Assembly (NCBI GenBank): GCA_045541715.1
Contig: JAZQJR010000157.1
Coordinates: 1-35,805, forward strand
Reading direction: 5' to 3'
DNA from: Acutalibacteraceae bacterium
Lineage (GTDB): Bacteria > Bacillota > Clostridia > Oscillospirales > Acutalibacteraceae
Length of the DNA: 35,805 nt
The notes below the pieces were generated by a model, which saw nothing but the letters and a program-made list of their open reading frames with translations, did not search any database and was not told the origin of the DNA. The position numbers and the translations under genes are program-made. Within the stretch, counting starts at the first letter, position 1; every line of letters begins with the position of its first letter. Below, piece by piece: positions 35,678-35,805 of this stretch.

Positions 35678-35805
35678 GGTGTTTCTTAAATAATCAAACG
35701 TGATACAATAGGAAAAAAGACTGTATAGATATGTACAAATGCAAAAAGTGCGAATCAAATGAATACGTAAAAGCTGGCTTTGTAAAGGGCGAACAGCGCT
35801 ACAAA
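35678..35805 (+). mobile_element. Left end of another IS1-family copy, running off the window end
   Basis: ggtgtttcttaaataatcaaacgtgatacaatagg, then MYKCKKCESNEYVKAGFVKGEQRYK starting at 35732. Confidence 0.85.

Noticed and set aside
1-35805. The whole window considered as a composite transposon, because it starts and ends in same-orientation IS1 copies
   Set aside because: The interior contains core housekeeping genes (tig, clpP, clpX, engB, mtaB). The two IS1 copies are diverged and degraded, and IS1 debris occurs throughout. The flanking copies most likely just reflect high IS1 density.

Overview
This window looks like a Firmicutes/Clostridia-type chromosome segment. The evidence is the tig-clpP-clpX-engB gene order, a ytaF-like sporulation membrane gene, ChW repeats and AGGAGG-type ribosome binding sites. 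All calls come from reading the sequence and ORF track by eye; nothing was searched.

The window has three parts.

1. Left part (1-14.4 kb).
- Small genes: a DUF1796-like lipoprotein and an HPr-like protein.
- MtaB, which carries an unusual in-frame 3 x 180-bp repeat.
- An 8-gene minus-strand glycan operon: GT2, LicD, TarI, TarJ, GT2, Wzy, GT2, Wzx. It makes CDP-ribitol and is bracketed by IS1 remnants.
- An RluA-family pseudouridine synthase.

2. Middle part (about 14.4-26.7 kb). This is an accessory region scrambled by insertion sequences. Short cassettes are separated by degraded IS1-family, Harbinger-like IS5-superfamily and IS5-family (about 1 kb) elements and two MITE families. The cassettes are:
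- a membrane-anchored Clp-D2/torsin-like AAA+ ATPase behind a consensus promoter;
- a small coiled-coil protein;
- a zinc phospholipase C plus an unknown secreted protein;
- a double-glycine-leader peptide, a GNAT and a secreted ChW protein with a possible kinase-like domain.

3. Right part (26.7-35 kb). Core genes: tig, clpP, clpX, a small membrane protein, engB/ysxC, a ytaF-like gene and a Ca2+-type P-type ATPase.

Both window ends lie in degraded IS1 copies.

A dispersed family of GC-rich intergenic elements occurs at five loci. Each has a conserved closing stem GCCGCGAGGC/GCCTCGCGGC, and the two complete copies enclose three hairpins. Two of the five loci directly abut IS1 ends. No tRNA, rRNA or CRISPR array was seen.
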